DNA of 64,000 nucleotides from a virus (lineage: Duplodnaviria; Caudoviricetes), in the IMG/VR virus record IMGVR_UViG_3300020577_004280, positions 32,001 through 96,000 of that record; one strand, 5' to 3'. A program made the position numbers and the translations under genes. The stretch's first letter is position 1. The number at the start of each line of letters is the position of its first letter. This document shows positions 36,046-45,903 of this stretch, piece by piece. The notes below the pieces were generated by a model, which was not told the origin of the DNA, did no database searches, and saw only the letters and a list, made by a program, of their open reading frames with translations.

Positions 36046-36465
36046 ATTAATACATACGAATATCGCTGCAATAACTGCAAGCATGAATTTGAAGCACAAC
36101 AGCACTTCAAAGACAAACCGCTTAAAAAATGCCCAGAATGTAAAAAGAATAAACTAGAACGTCTAATTTCTTCACCATCTGTAATTAATATGGGTCCAAA
36201 AACACTTGGCACACTAGCTGAGAAAAAAACAGATAAGATGGGTAAATACGCCAGAGATAAACTTATTAAAGAATCTAGTGAAAAACGTGAGGCGGCTGAG
36301 AACGAAATATCAAGACAGTCTGAAAAAATGGGTGGAAAACCTATTAAAAAGAAAAATAAAGACGCTCCTTGGTATCGCAAAAACAGTAAGGTTAGCCAGA
36401 AAAAAATAGCGAAGATGACCAACGAACAAAAACAAAAATATATCTTGGAAGGTAAAATATCATGA
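36046..36465 (+). CDS. FmdB-like zinc-ribbon protein with ATT start
   Basis: In frame upstream of track ORF 36190: ATT-NTYEYRCNNCKHEFE...KKCPECKKNKLERLIS; AAGGGG SD. Confidence 0.75.
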   Translation: MNTYEYRCNNCKHEFEAQQHFKDKPLKKCPECKKNKLERLISSPSVINMGPKTLGTLAEKKTDKMGKYARDKLIKESSEKREAAENEISRQSEKMGGKPIKKKNKDAPWYRKNSKVSQKKIAKMTNEQKQKYILEGKIS

Positions 36466-36680
36466 GTGATAATTTAAAACCTCATAGAGCGGCAATTTTA
36501 ATGAAAATCGAGATAAGTGATGTATTACCAACCGGCGAGTCAACAAACAATCCAATTCCTATAGAGAGACTACAAGAGTACGAGTTAGCACCTACTATGG
36601 TAATAATTGTTAATGGATTCGATATGGATAACTGCTTACAAAAACTCAAACAAAAAATTGACGAATTTAAGAAAGACTAA
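36462..36680 (+). CDS. hypothetical protein
   Basis: ORF. Confidence 0.55.
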   Translation: MSDNLKPHRAAILMKIEISDVLPTGESTNNPIPIERLQEYELAPTMVIIVNGFDMDNCLQKLKQKIDEFKKD

Positions 36681-36990
36681 TATGAGTATAGATTTTCCAG
36701 AAGAATCGCAAGACCTGCAAACACATATTAATGTAGTTGTAGGAGCTAACAATAAACAATACTATCCTTTAATATGCTCACATTGTGACAAAGAATTGAT
36801 AGAAATTTTTGTAAAAGACTATACCGAGGTCACAAAAAGTTATTCTGCTAACTGTCCTCATTGTGGTGATAAAACATTTAAACGCAAAATTACAGGTAGA
36901 TATATTATTATGTTAAAACCCGATGTAATTCTTATAGATATAGAAGAAGATGAAAGTTCTGTAAATTTTAAGTTAGGAGAAGTAAAGTGA
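36607..36990 (+). CDS. Zn-ribbon hypothetical protein
   Basis: CSHC...CPHCGD; likely start ATG 36682. Confidence 0.6.
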   Translation: MLMDSIWITAYKNSNKKLTNLRKTNMSIDFPEESQDLQTHINVVVGANNKQYYPLICSHCDKELIEIFVKDYTEVTKSYSANCPHCGDKTFKRKITGRYIIMLKPDVILIDIEEDESSVNFKLGEVK

Positions 36991-37268
36991 AACAAAAAAC
37001 CATTTACTTAAATAATGGTACTGTAACAGAGGAAGACGGCAAGGATTCAGTTGCCAAATCATCATTCAATGATGAAACTAAAAAAGAATTGTACTATGTA
37101 AAGTTCCATCGCGGGTCTATCCTCAATGTAACCGACGCATCCTATCACAGAAACAGAGTAAACGCTAAATACCGATTAGTAAATAAAAAGGCTTTTGACT
37201 TCTATGTGAAGTATATTAATGGTAAAGGCGAAACATTTCTTAGAGAAGCAGAAAGAGCATTATTATGA
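36987..37268 (+). CDS. hypothetical protein
   Basis: ORF with overlapping start/stop. Confidence 0.6.
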   Translation: MKQKTIYLNNGTVTEEDGKDSVAKSSFNDETKKELYYVKFHRGSILNVTDASYHRNRVNAKYRLVNKKAFDFYVKYINGKGETFLREAERALL

Positions 37269-37606
37269 GTTTAAATAAGAGTCAGTTAGAATACATCGAA
37301 AAATATCGTGGTGAACTTTCAGCTAAACAAATAGCAAAAGATTGTGGAACAACAGCAACACTTGTAACACAAGAAATCAATAGGCTAAATAAAGATAAAC
37401 CTATTGTACCAGAAGTAAGCGAAAAAGATAAAATTAAGCCAAGAAAAGATACCACTTTTATGAAGTCTATTGCTAAGAATAAACAATCATTAGTGATGAC
37501 TGAGGGTGGCGCACAAATGGGCGACGATTTCCATGTCAAGAAAAAGGGTAAGAAGAATAAACATATTGGATGTATCCATAATCCATTAGGGAAAGAAGAA
37601 TGCTAG
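37265..37606 (+). CDS. HTH-containing hypothetical protein
   Basis: SAKQIAKDCGTTATLV. Confidence 0.55.
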   Translation: MSLNKSQLEYIEKYRGELSAKQIAKDCGTTATLVTQEINRLNKDKPIVPEVSEKDKIKPRKDTTFMKSIAKNKQSLVMTEGGAQMGDDFHVKKKGKKNKHIGCIHNPLGKEEC

Positions 37607-38106
37607 CGTTTGAACCTGACGATTATATCAACGAAATTTATGAATCTCATTCTAGATGGATTGTTACGCTTTCTGATGGTAGGAAAGTATATCAAGATGA
37701 CGGCAGGCCCGGAACGCAAACCAGCGCGTGGCTTAGACTTAGGACTTTTTTGGAGAAAAATCCTGAAATTTCTATAGTCTCCATGACAATTTCCTTCCGA
37801 GACAATATACTCAATGTAGGAAATGATGCTGAAGGTTACTTTTTTGTAAAATCTGTTTTAGGCTCTCCTAATTTATCAGAACGACCAACTATCGAAATGT
37901 GGGTTGTCGGAACTTATAATAATGGAGAGTTGAGAACAAAACGCTATACAGTACCAGAAATGATATTAGTTGAAGAAGAAATTAGAGACCCATTGAAAGC
38001 TGGAGAGTGTTTAATATGTCCACAGAACGTAATGAATCGTATCCTTACAAGTCACCAACAACACCAAACTTGTATTGTTCAGCCGCTCAGTATATTGCCG
38101 AACTAA
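37600..38106 (+). CDS. hypothetical protein
   Basis: ORF. Confidence 0.6.
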   Translation: MLAFEPDDYINEIYESHSRWIVTLSDGRKVYQDDGRPGTQTSAWLRLRTFLEKNPEISIVSMTISFRDNILNVGNDAEGYFFVKSVLGSPNLSERPTIEMWVVGTYNNGELRTKRYTVPEMILVEEEIRDPLKAGECLICPQNVMNRILTSHQQHQTCIVQPLSILPN

Positions 38107-38453
38107 TGTGTCTTAGACAAGCTAAGCAAAAAAGAAAAACACTAGGTCAGAAATTTTGGACAGATGATAGCTGGAAAGTAGCTTATAAGCAACATATCTT
38201 AGCGGCTAACACTCTCTTAAAAATATTTGACCCACAAGCAATAATTAACGCCTTAAACCAGAAAGAATTCATGTGGGTGACTTCTCTACGGGTTAAGGCG
38301 TTTAATCAATGTATAATTCAAGAAGCCGATAAACTTGCGGCTCTGAAAGAAAGATTAAAAAAGGACCAAGTTAATGCTACTGTTGACAATACTCCAACTG
38401 TAATAGTTAAACCCTTTTCAACTAATAAGTCAAAATTGAAAGATTTAGATTAG
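38007..38453 (+). CDS. hypothetical protein
   Basis: ORF directly upstream of recA. Confidence 0.6.
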   Translation: MFNMSTERNESYPYKSPTTPNLYCSAAQYIAELMCLRQAKQKRKTLGQKFWTDDSWKVAYKQHILAANTLLKIFDPQAIINALNQKEFMWVTSLRVKAFNQCIIQEADKLAALKERLKKDQVNATVDNTPTVIVKPFSTNKSKLKDLD

Positions 38454-39488
38454 ATGGCAAAAAAGAAATCAGAAGATACCGAAGTGTCTATAGTATCAAA
38501 TTTTAGAGAACAATTACGTGCTGGTATAATTAAAAAATATGGCGAGGGTATCGCCAGAGAAATGACGGAAATTAAGGAAGAAAAAAAGATAATTATTCCT
38601 GTCAGCCCTGCTGTAGATAGAGCTATTAACGGTGGTATTCCAGAGGGTAGTTGGGTGATTTTATCCGGTCCAGAAAAAATGGGTAAAACAACTTTAGCGT
38701 TGCAAATTGCCGCTAACGCTCAAAAGAAAGAAAATGGAGGAAAAACTGTATACTACCTTGATGTTGAAGGTAGATTCAAGGATATGAACTTGGATACAGT
38801 TAGCTCTTTTCGGTCAGATATGTGCGAACATATTCGTTCTCAAACCGGCAAAATATTAACCGCAGAAGACTATCTATCTATCGCTATAGATATTATTAAA
38901 GGGCATCCCGGTTGTGTATTAATTATTGACTCAGCTTCCGCTTTATGTGCTGCTAAAGAAATGACCGAGGATTTGAAAGCACAAGCTAGAAACGACGGTC
39001 CAAAGCTGTTAGCAACTTTCTGTCGCCAAATGGGTAATGTGGTACCAATCAATAACGTAACTGTTATTATCATTCAACACCTAATTGCCAACACTAGCGG
39101 CTACGGTCCTACCAAGATGGAAGACGGCGGCAACAAGATTAAATATCAAGTTGACGTGAAACTTCGTGGTAAAGGTGCTGAAAAATGGATGTTGAATACC
39201 GATACTCAAATAGGTCAGTTAGCTAACTGGGATGTTATAGTTTCAGCTTTAGGTCCACCCGGTGGGAAAGTACAAAGCTACGTTAGATACGGTTATGGCA
39301 TTGACGAAACTATGGAGCTAATTGAAATAGCCTCAGATTTCGGTATTATTAATAAAGCCGGAGCTTGGTATAGCTTTGAAATGAATGGTGAGGAAATCAA
39401 AGCACAGGGTATGGAAAAAATGTGTATTCTATTAAGAGAAAATAAAGACAAGTATGATTTTATTTATAATCAAGTGAGGGCTATATAA
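38454..39488 (+). CDS. recA: RecA/UvsX-like recombinase
   Basis: GGIPEG, GPEKMGKTT, IIDS, GGNKIKY, KAGAWY, QG. Confidence 0.9.
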   Translation: MAKKKSEDTEVSIVSNFREQLRAGIIKKYGEGIAREMTEIKEEKKIIIPVSPAVDRAINGGIPEGSWVILSGPEKMGKTTLALQIAANAQKKENGGKTVYYLDVEGRFKDMNLDTVSSFRSDMCEHIRSQTGKILTAEDYLSIAIDIIKGHPGCVLIIDSASALCAAKEMTEDLKAQARNDGPKLLATFCRQMGNVVPINNVTVIIIQHLIANTSGYGPTKMEDGGNKIKYQVDVKLRGKGAEKWMLNTDTQIGQLANWDVIVSALGPPGGKVQSYVRYGYGIDETMELIEIASDFGIINKAGAWYSFEMNGEEIKAQGMEKMCILLRENKDKYDFIYNQVRAI

Positions 39489-39691
39489 TGTATTTTGTTG
39501 GATATGTAGAATATAGTGATGGATACTGTTGCGATATGTATAGTGATGAAGTTGTAATTGTTGAATTTCATACCAAGCAAGACGCCGAATCTTTCATAAA
39601 AAAGATAAAAGATACAACTAAAGGATGTCATTCGATACCAAGACTTATAAAACCTTATACAGAAGAATCTCACTCAGAAAGAATTGAATGA
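39488..39691 (+). CDS. hypothetical protein
   Basis: ORF. Confidence 0.45.
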   Translation: MYFVGYVEYSDGYCCDMYSDEVVIVEFHTKQDAESFIKKIKDTTKGCHSIPRLIKPYTEESHSERIE

Positions 39692-40059
39692 AAGTTATCG
39701 GATTAGACAATAAAGAACATTCGTGGAATCTTTCCTTATATGTTAAAAACCAACGTAGAGGATGTTCTGAATACCATAAGCGTGCCAGACAACTTTTAAA
39801 ACAAATGTTTCCTTTTGACCAAATCTTAGAAGAAGTACCGATACCTAGTACCAATTTATTTGCTGATTTCTTTATTCCAAAACAAATGAAAATGATAGAG
39901 GTTCAAGGCGAACAACATACTAATTACACCCCGTTCTTTCACAAAAATAAACGTAATTTTGGTAAAGCTAAACTTAGAGATAAAACAAAAAGAGAATGGT
40001 GTGAATTAAACGGTATTGAGCTAATTGAGCTATCATATTCTGAATCTGATATAGAATGA
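39688..40059 (+). CDS. DUF559/Vsr-like endonuclease
   Basis: ADFFIP, IEVQGEQH, RD..K..WC. Confidence 0.75.
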   Translation: MKVIGLDNKEHSWNLSLYVKNQRRGCSEYHKRARQLLKQMFPFDQILEEVPIPSTNLFADFFIPKQMKMIEVQGEQHTNYTPFFHKNKRNFGKAKLRDKTKREWCELNGIELIELSYSESDIE

Positions 40060-40559
40060 CAAGAAAAAATATGGAAACAGTAGATGAAAAAATTAAAAAA
40101 CTTGACGCTATGCTTGATGAATATGACCAAAAAGTGGGCGTCTCGTCATTTAAATACGATAATCAAATAGAGAGCGTGCTTAATTATACTCAAACAGACT
40201 TACGGGCATTAACTATTGAAGAATGTGGCGAAGACGGTTTTAGATTACAACGGCATTCTGGTTATATTCAAAAAGAGTGTAATAGACTGAATGCCAGAAT
40301 TAGATGGCTACATCGATGTATTGATATGGAGATGGCCACTAGATTTAAAGATTACGGCACTCAATATACGTCGTACAATGAGAGAACATTTCTAGCCTGT
40401 AATGACCCAACTAATATCTACATGAAAAAACTGCAAGACTTGCTAATGCACTGTGAAATCCGCAAGGAAGAATTATCGTTCATTTCTTCCAAAGTCGCAA
40501 GCATGGCTCAAACATTAATCGAACAGAAACAAGCTAAGAGGCAACAAAAATGGGAGTAA
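40056..40559 (+). CDS. helical hypothetical protein
   Basis: ORF in replication cluster. Confidence 0.6.
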   Translation: MTRKNMETVDEKIKKLDAMLDEYDQKVGVSSFKYDNQIESVLNYTQTDLRALTIEECGEDGFRLQRHSGYIQKECNRLNARIRWLHRCIDMEMATRFKDYGTQYTSYNERTFLACNDPTNIYMKKLQDLLMHCEIRKEELSFISSKVASMAQTLIEQKQAKRQQKWE

Positions 40560-41077
40560 TGACTTTATTAAAAGAAGGTCTGGATGAAAAAGACTGGGAC
40601 AAAGTTAAACGAGCTTATAACGAGCTAGCTGGTATTGAGCCAGAAGATTTGATACTGCAATCAGTACACGCAAAAAACAATTTATATGATAATATTGGAG
40701 AAGACGAAGAAGACGAGCAAAGTAATTTCGTTCACCAAATCAGAAAACCAAACAGCAAACCCAAAAGAGGGAAGATTATTGTTTCTGATGATTTAACTGG
40801 AGAAGAAAAGAATTATGGCGTTACAGAACCAATTAATAGACATAAGGTGAAAACAGTAGGAAATCTGTTTAATCCAGATGAATATAATGATGTAGAAAAA
40901 GATGCCGATATTGGTATAGTTTATCCTAAGAAATCAAAAAAGGGTAAAAGGCCACCGCCAAAATTTATTAAGACTAATTGTGAACGATGTAAAAAATCAT
41001 TTACAGTGGCTCCATTTTTTATTAAGTCTACTGGCTACGTATGCGATGGTTGCATAGGAAGGATGAGAAGTGAGTAA
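40550..41077 (+). CDS. hypothetical protein with C-terminal Zn finger
   Basis: CERC...CDGC. Confidence 0.6.
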   Translation: MGVMTLLKEGLDEKDWDKVKRAYNELAGIEPEDLILQSVHAKNNLYDNIGEDEEDEQSNFVHQIRKPNSKPKRGKIIVSDDLTGEEKNYGVTEPINRHKVKTVGNLFNPDEYNDVEKDADIGIVYPKKSKKGKRPPPKFIKTNCERCKKSFTVAPFFIKSTGYVCDGCIGRMRSE

Positions 41078-42605
41078 GTTATCTGATGTCGGAGCAGAAA
41101 GAGCAGTATTAGCCGGTATTTTTAGATATGGTATAGATGGATATACTGAGGTTTCTGATATTGTAAGTAATAGCACTTTTACAATTATCTCCAATCAGAT
41201 TATATATAATTGTGCTGAACACGCGATTAAACATAATCCAAAACTAGATTTGCCGGTTTTCTTATCTTCTGCTCACGCGTTAGGTGTGTCCGACCAATTT
41301 AAAGATAAAACAGAGCTAGAATATCTGCGGTCTCTTAATAACTATCCAATTGAGATGGTTAATCTACGTGGCCAAGCTAAGAAAATTAAAAAGCTAGAAA
41401 TAGCTAGAATCTACCAAGATAAATTAAAGCAAGCACATAATGATATTGGTAATATTAATGGTACCGAAACTATTGATGAAATTGTATCTAAAGCCGAAAA
41501 ACCTATATTTGAGTTTGCTAGACAGTTTAATCAAGGAGAAGACCGACCAGTATTAATCGGTGAATCAATTGAAGAATACGTGGAATATTTGACAAATAAC
41601 GAAAACCGGGCTGTAGGTATTCCAAGTGGATTCGATAAATATGACGACGCGATTGGTGGAGGATTTAGGCGTAAAACTGTTGCTTTAATTGGTGCTAGGC
41701 CAAAATGTGGTAAATCTACACTAGCTGATAATGTAGCTATACACGTCAGTCATAGACTAAAAATTCCTGTACTAATGATAGATACAGAAATGTGTGTAGA
41801 AGACCACCAAAATAGATTATTGGCTTATTTTTCTAAAATAAAAATCAATGATATCGAACGTGGTCGATTTGCTAGTAAGAAATATGAAGTAGAGAAAGTT
41901 AGACAGTCAGCTAAAACAATAGCTAAATTACCTTATACATATAAGAACGTAGCTGGTAAAGATTTTGATGAAATTTTATCAATCATTAGACGATGGGTCT
42001 ATCAAGAAGTTGGTTTTGACACTAACGGTAGAACAAACGATTGTTTAATAGTTTATGATTATTTTAAACTTATGAGCCAAGATGCTCTTGAGTCCATGCA
42101 GGAATATCAAGCTATAGGTTTTCAAGTATCTGAATTACATAATTTTTGTATTGAAAATGATGTACCAGTATTAGCTTTTGTGCAATTAAATCGAGATGGT
42201 ATTGATAAAGATTTAACAAGTTCGATTAGTCAATCAGATAGATTAGTTTGGTTATGTACTAATATCAGTATTTATAAAAAGAAAACTGAAGAAGAAATAG
42301 CTGAAGACGGTGAAGAAAACGGTAATCGTAAACTAATTCCATTAGAAGCTCGTCATGGTGGAGGTATGGGTGAAGGTAACTATATTAATATGTTACAACG
42401 TGGCGAATACGCAATGATTACTGAATTAAGAACAAAAGCAGATATACAATTAACAGGTACAGCTTCCACTGGTTTTCCAGTAGAAGAATCTGGATTTGAA
42501 AGCTGGAATAATGGGGCTTGTCTAGATGGATTATCAGAAGATAGAACAAATCAAGGAACTGGTGATACCGGAGATATGTCAAATATTGAATTTCCTTCAA
42601 ATTGA
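41070..42605 (+). CDS. dnaB: replicative helicase
   Basis: AERAVL, GARPKCGKS, DTEM, YDY, VQLNR. Confidence 0.9.
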   Translation: MSKLSDVGAERAVLAGIFRYGIDGYTEVSDIVSNSTFTIISNQIIYNCAEHAIKHNPKLDLPVFLSSAHALGVSDQFKDKTELEYLRSLNNYPIEMVNLRGQAKKIKKLEIARIYQDKLKQAHNDIGNINGTETIDEIVSKAEKPIFEFARQFNQGEDRPVLIGESIEEYVEYLTNNENRAVGIPSGFDKYDDAIGGGFRRKTVALIGARPKCGKSTLADNVAIHVSHRLKIPVLMIDTEMCVEDHQNRLLAYFSKIKINDIERGRFASKKYEVEKVRQSAKTIAKLPYTYKNVAGKDFDEILSIIRRWVYQEVGFDTNGRTNDCLIVYDYFKLMSQDALESMQEYQAIGFQVSELHNFCIENDVPVLAFVQLNRDGIDKDLTSSISQSDRLVWLCTNISIYKKKTEEEIAEDGEENGNRKLIPLEARHGGGMGEGNYINMLQRGEYAMITELRTKADIQLTGTASTGFPVEESGFESWNNGACLDGLSEDRTNQGTGDTGDMSNIEFPSN

Positions 42606-43617
42606 TTATAAAGATTATTCTGGATATTACAGTTTAAAATGCCCTATCCACGGTTCAAACAAAGAAGGGTCGGTTAGCGTATATAAAAATACTGGTATTT
42701 GGAGTTGCTGGACTAATCATTGTGAAGAAGAATGCGGTAAAGGTTTTTTTGATTTTCTGTCAGCGTATTTAGAATCTATCGGTGAACCCAAAAGCAAAAC
42801 ACAAATCGCCCTTCTATGTGCTAGTATCATTAACTGTGATATTACAAAATTTAATTCAATTGAAGACTATCAAATCAAGGTTGATTCTGCAAGATTAGTC
42901 AACTCTTTTATAAAAGAGCGTAAGTTGTTGGAAGGTAAGATATTACGTCAAACTATTCGTGAAAAATTACAGATTCCATCACGCTACTATCTTGATAGAG
43001 GATATAAAGACAATATACTAGATAAGTACGACGTTGGTTTTTGTTCGACTCAAGGGAAGGAAATGTTTGGTAGGGTTGTAGTACCTGTATATGACGACAA
43101 CTATAAATTTATGGTTGGATGTTTAGGTCGTAGTTTATATGGAAAATGCAACAAATGCAATAAATGTCATTCACCAAAACGTAATTGTCCATCAAACCCA
43201 ATAGAAGAATTATGGGCCGCAAAATGGAAAAATAGTAAAAATTTCAAAGCTGAAAACTATTTGTATAATTACTGGTTTTCCAAAAATGCTATTAAAAATA
43301 GTAAAACTGTAGTAATAGTTGAAGGTCAAGGAGATGTATGGAGACTCGAAGAATCGGGAGTGGATTGTTCAGTTGGAGTGTTTGGTGCGAAAATTACGGA
43401 TGGTCAATTAATCCTATTGGAACAATCAGGTGCCCAAAACATAATAATTGCTCCAGATAACGATGAAGAGGGCGAAAAATTTAGAAAACGCGTAAGAGAT
43501 AAATGTAGTAGAATGTTTAATATATTTGATATTTCCTTGGTTAAAAAAGACTTTGGAGAGATGTCAATTGACGAAACCAAAAAATTAGTATTACCGGTCT
43601 TAGAAAGGTGTATTTAA
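42526..43617 (+). CDS. dnaG: DNA primase (Zn finger + TOPRIM)
   Basis: CPIH...CWT..C, GRVVVP, VEGQGD, DND. Confidence 0.88.
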   Translation: MDYQKIEQIKELVIPEICQILNFLQIDYKDYSGYYSLKCPIHGSNKEGSVSVYKNTGIWSCWTNHCEEECGKGFFDFLSAYLESIGEPKSKTQIALLCASIINCDITKFNSIEDYQIKVDSARLVNSFIKERKLLEGKILRQTIREKLQIPSRYYLDRGYKDNILDKYDVGFCSTQGKEMFGRVVVPVYDDNYKFMVGCLGRSLYGKCNKCNKCHSPKRNCPSNPIEELWAAKWKNSKNFKAENYLYNYWFSKNAIKNSKTVVIVEGQGDVWRLEESGVDCSVGVFGAKITDGQLILLEQSGAQNIIIAPDNDEEGEKFRKRVRDKCSRMFNIFDISLVKKDFGEMSIDETKKLVLPVLERCI

Positions 43618-44414
43618 TGCAGAAGATAGTCGTGTTCGCAGGAAGAAAACAATCAGGTAAAAGTTCTGCTTGTGCTTTTTTACATGGTCATATGTTGAAG
43701 AAAAATAACGAAATTAAATTCTTTGATATTAATGAAGATGGAAAACTAATAGTTAACGCAATATATGATGATGAAAACGGACAAGAACAAGAGGGCGAAG
43801 GTATCATTCAAATTGAGCGAAAAGATTATGAATTTTCTCAATATGCAATACATCATGTTTGGCCTCATATCAAAATCTATAATTTCGCAGATAGATTAAA
43901 AGAAACGGTATGTTCTATTTTTGGTGTTGACCCAGAACTTATTAACGGTACTAATGAGCAAAAAAATACACCAACACATCTAAAATATTCAGATTTCGCT
44001 TTTTGCATGTATCCAGGTGAAATTAACAAACTAAAAAAAGAAGAAAAATATGAGTCGTTCTTAACTGTAAGAGAAGTATTACAGTTTTTTGGTACTAAAG
44101 TTTGTCGCCGTATTCAAGATAACTGTTGGATTGATAATTGCATCAGAGATATTGTAACTGAACAGATACCCTTTGTAACAGTTGGAGATTGCAGATTTCC
44201 AAATGAAGTCTTAGCAATGCAAGCTATAGGTGCTAAAGTTATTCACCTAAAACGCCGTATAGATAATGATAATGATTTATCCGAATCATCTTTAGATAAT
44301 TTTGAAGGTTTTGATTTTGTTCTTGACAACCAAGATATGACTTTGGTAGAAAAACATATTGAGATTTTCAAATACCTAGAGTCTATTGGATACGTAGAAG
44401 GCCCAATTCAATAA
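43608..44414 (+). CDS. deoxynucleoside monophosphate kinase
   Basis: GRKQSGKS, FADRLKE, REVLQFFGT, DCRFPNE. Confidence 0.85.
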   Translation: MYLMQKIVVFAGRKQSGKSSACAFLHGHMLKKNNEIKFFDINEDGKLIVNAIYDDENGQEQEGEGIIQIERKDYEFSQYAIHHVWPHIKIYNFADRLKETVCSIFGVDPELINGTNEQKNTPTHLKYSDFAFCMYPGEINKLKKEEKYESFLTVREVLQFFGTKVCRRIQDNCWIDNCIRDIVTEQIPFVTVGDCRFPNEVLAMQAIGAKVIHLKRRIDNDNDLSESSLDNFEGFDFVLDNQDMTLVEKHIEIFKYLESIGYVEGPIQ

Positions 44415-45427
44415 TGAAGATACGCGATGACCTAAAACTAGATTTCAACGACGTTCTAATAGAACCAGCAGTTAGTGAAGTAGTGTCAAGAAAAGATATA
44501 GACCTGACACGGAAGTACAAATTTAAACATTCTAAAGCAGAATGGGCTGGTTTTCCTATAGTAGCTGCCAATATGTATGCTACTGGAACTTATGAAATGT
44601 GGCAAAGTCTATCAAGTAAGAATTGTATGACGGCGTTACATAAATATAATGAAATAGTAAGCTGGCCGTTATTGTATAATGAGAATACAAAACCAACGTG
44701 GGATAACGTATGGTATACGCTAGGAATAGATGATGAGGCTCTTGATTATTTCGCTGAGTGTATAAGTAAATATCTACCGATGCGTTTTTTAATGATTGAT
44801 GTTGCAAATGGTTATATGACTAAGATGGTAGACTTCATAAAAAGGGTTAGAGAGAAATGTCCAACCCATACTATTTGTGCAGGCAACGTTTGTACAGCTT
44901 CCGCTACCGAACAATTAATTTTAGCTGGAGCCGATATAGTGAAGATTGGTATCGGCCCTTCAATAGTTTGTGATACTCGTATAGTAACCGGAGTAGGATA
45001 TCCTCAGTTAAGTGCTATTATTGAAACCGCTGATGTAGCCCATCACTACGATGCTCATATTATAGCTGACGGTGGCTGTAAAACAATCGGTGATATTAGT
45101 AAGGCTTTTGCTGCTGGTGCGGATTACGTGATGTTAGGTACAATGTTAACAGGCTATAAAGAAAACAGTGGTAAACGTATTAACGGTAAACTACAAGTCT
45201 TCGGTATGTCGTCAAATGATGCTCTCAATCAGTTTCATGGTGGTAAAGCTACACACAGAGCTTCAGAGGGTAACACGATAATGGTACCATATAAAGACGA
45301 AAGCGTAAAAACCATGATTGACGAAATCAAAGGTGGAGTTGCTAGCACATGCTCTTACGTTGGTGCTAAAAAACTCAAAGACCTTTCCAAATGTACAACT
45401 TTTATTAAGGTGAATAGGATAAAATGA
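44414..45427 (+). CDS. guaC: GMP reductase
   Basis: KLDFNDVL, AANM, DVANGY, KIGIGP.VC.TR, ADGG, EG. Confidence 0.92.
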   Translation: MKIRDDLKLDFNDVLIEPAVSEVVSRKDIDLTRKYKFKHSKAEWAGFPIVAANMYATGTYEMWQSLSSKNCMTALHKYNEIVSWPLLYNENTKPTWDNVWYTLGIDDEALDYFAECISKYLPMRFLMIDVANGYMTKMVDFIKRVREKCPTHTICAGNVCTASATEQLILAGADIVKIGIGPSIVCDTRIVTGVGYPQLSAIIETADVAHHYDAHIIADGGCKTIGDISKAFAAGADYVMLGTMLTGYKENSGKRINGKLQVFGMSSNDALNQFHGGKATHRASEGNTIMVPYKDESVKTMIDEIKGGVASTCSYVGAKKLKDLSKCTTFIKVNRIK

Positions 45428-45903
45428 TATTATATACTTGCGTGGGTCTACCAAGGTCTGGTAAATCCACATATTGCAAACAGTTTATTAAATTCAGGGG
45501 AAACCATTGTCTTATATCTGGAGATAGCGTAAGATTTGCATTAACTGGACAAAGATATAACTCGAATACTGAAGAAATAGTACACGCTATAAAATATATC
45601 TCAATTAAAGCAGCATTGTTAAACCATCAAAACGTGGTGTACGACGGAACAAATACCACGATGGATAGTCTTAAAAAAATAGAGAAAATAGCTCAAGATT
45701 ATGGGGCGAAACCTTACTTTTGGTTATTTGATACTTCTGTATCTTTATGTGTACAAAGAGCAATGCAAACAAAGCAAGACGATTTGATACCAATCATAGT
45801 TAATATGGGTAGTCAAATTACTCTAACTAAAGAATATATTAAACAAACCTATCCAAAAAACTACGGAATAATAACTAATGATAACGGCATATATACGTTC
45901 TAG
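45424..45903 (+). CDS. P-loop kinase (polynucleotide kinase-like, AAA_33)
   Basis: GLPRSGKST, D..R, DGTN. Confidence 0.75.
   Translation: MILYTCVGLPRSGKSTYCKQFIKFRGNHCLISGDSVRFALTGQRYNSNTEEIVHAIKYISIKAALLNHQNVVYDGTNTTMDSLKKIEKIAQDYGAKPYFWLFDTSVSLCVQRAMQTKQDDLIPIIVNMGSQITLTKEYIKQTYPKNYGIITNDNGIYTF

Noticed and set aside
42526-42605. Programmed frameshift fusing helicase and primase
   Set aside because: The 80-nt overlap is explained by a low-complexity helicase tail; primase has its own ATG; no slippery site recognised
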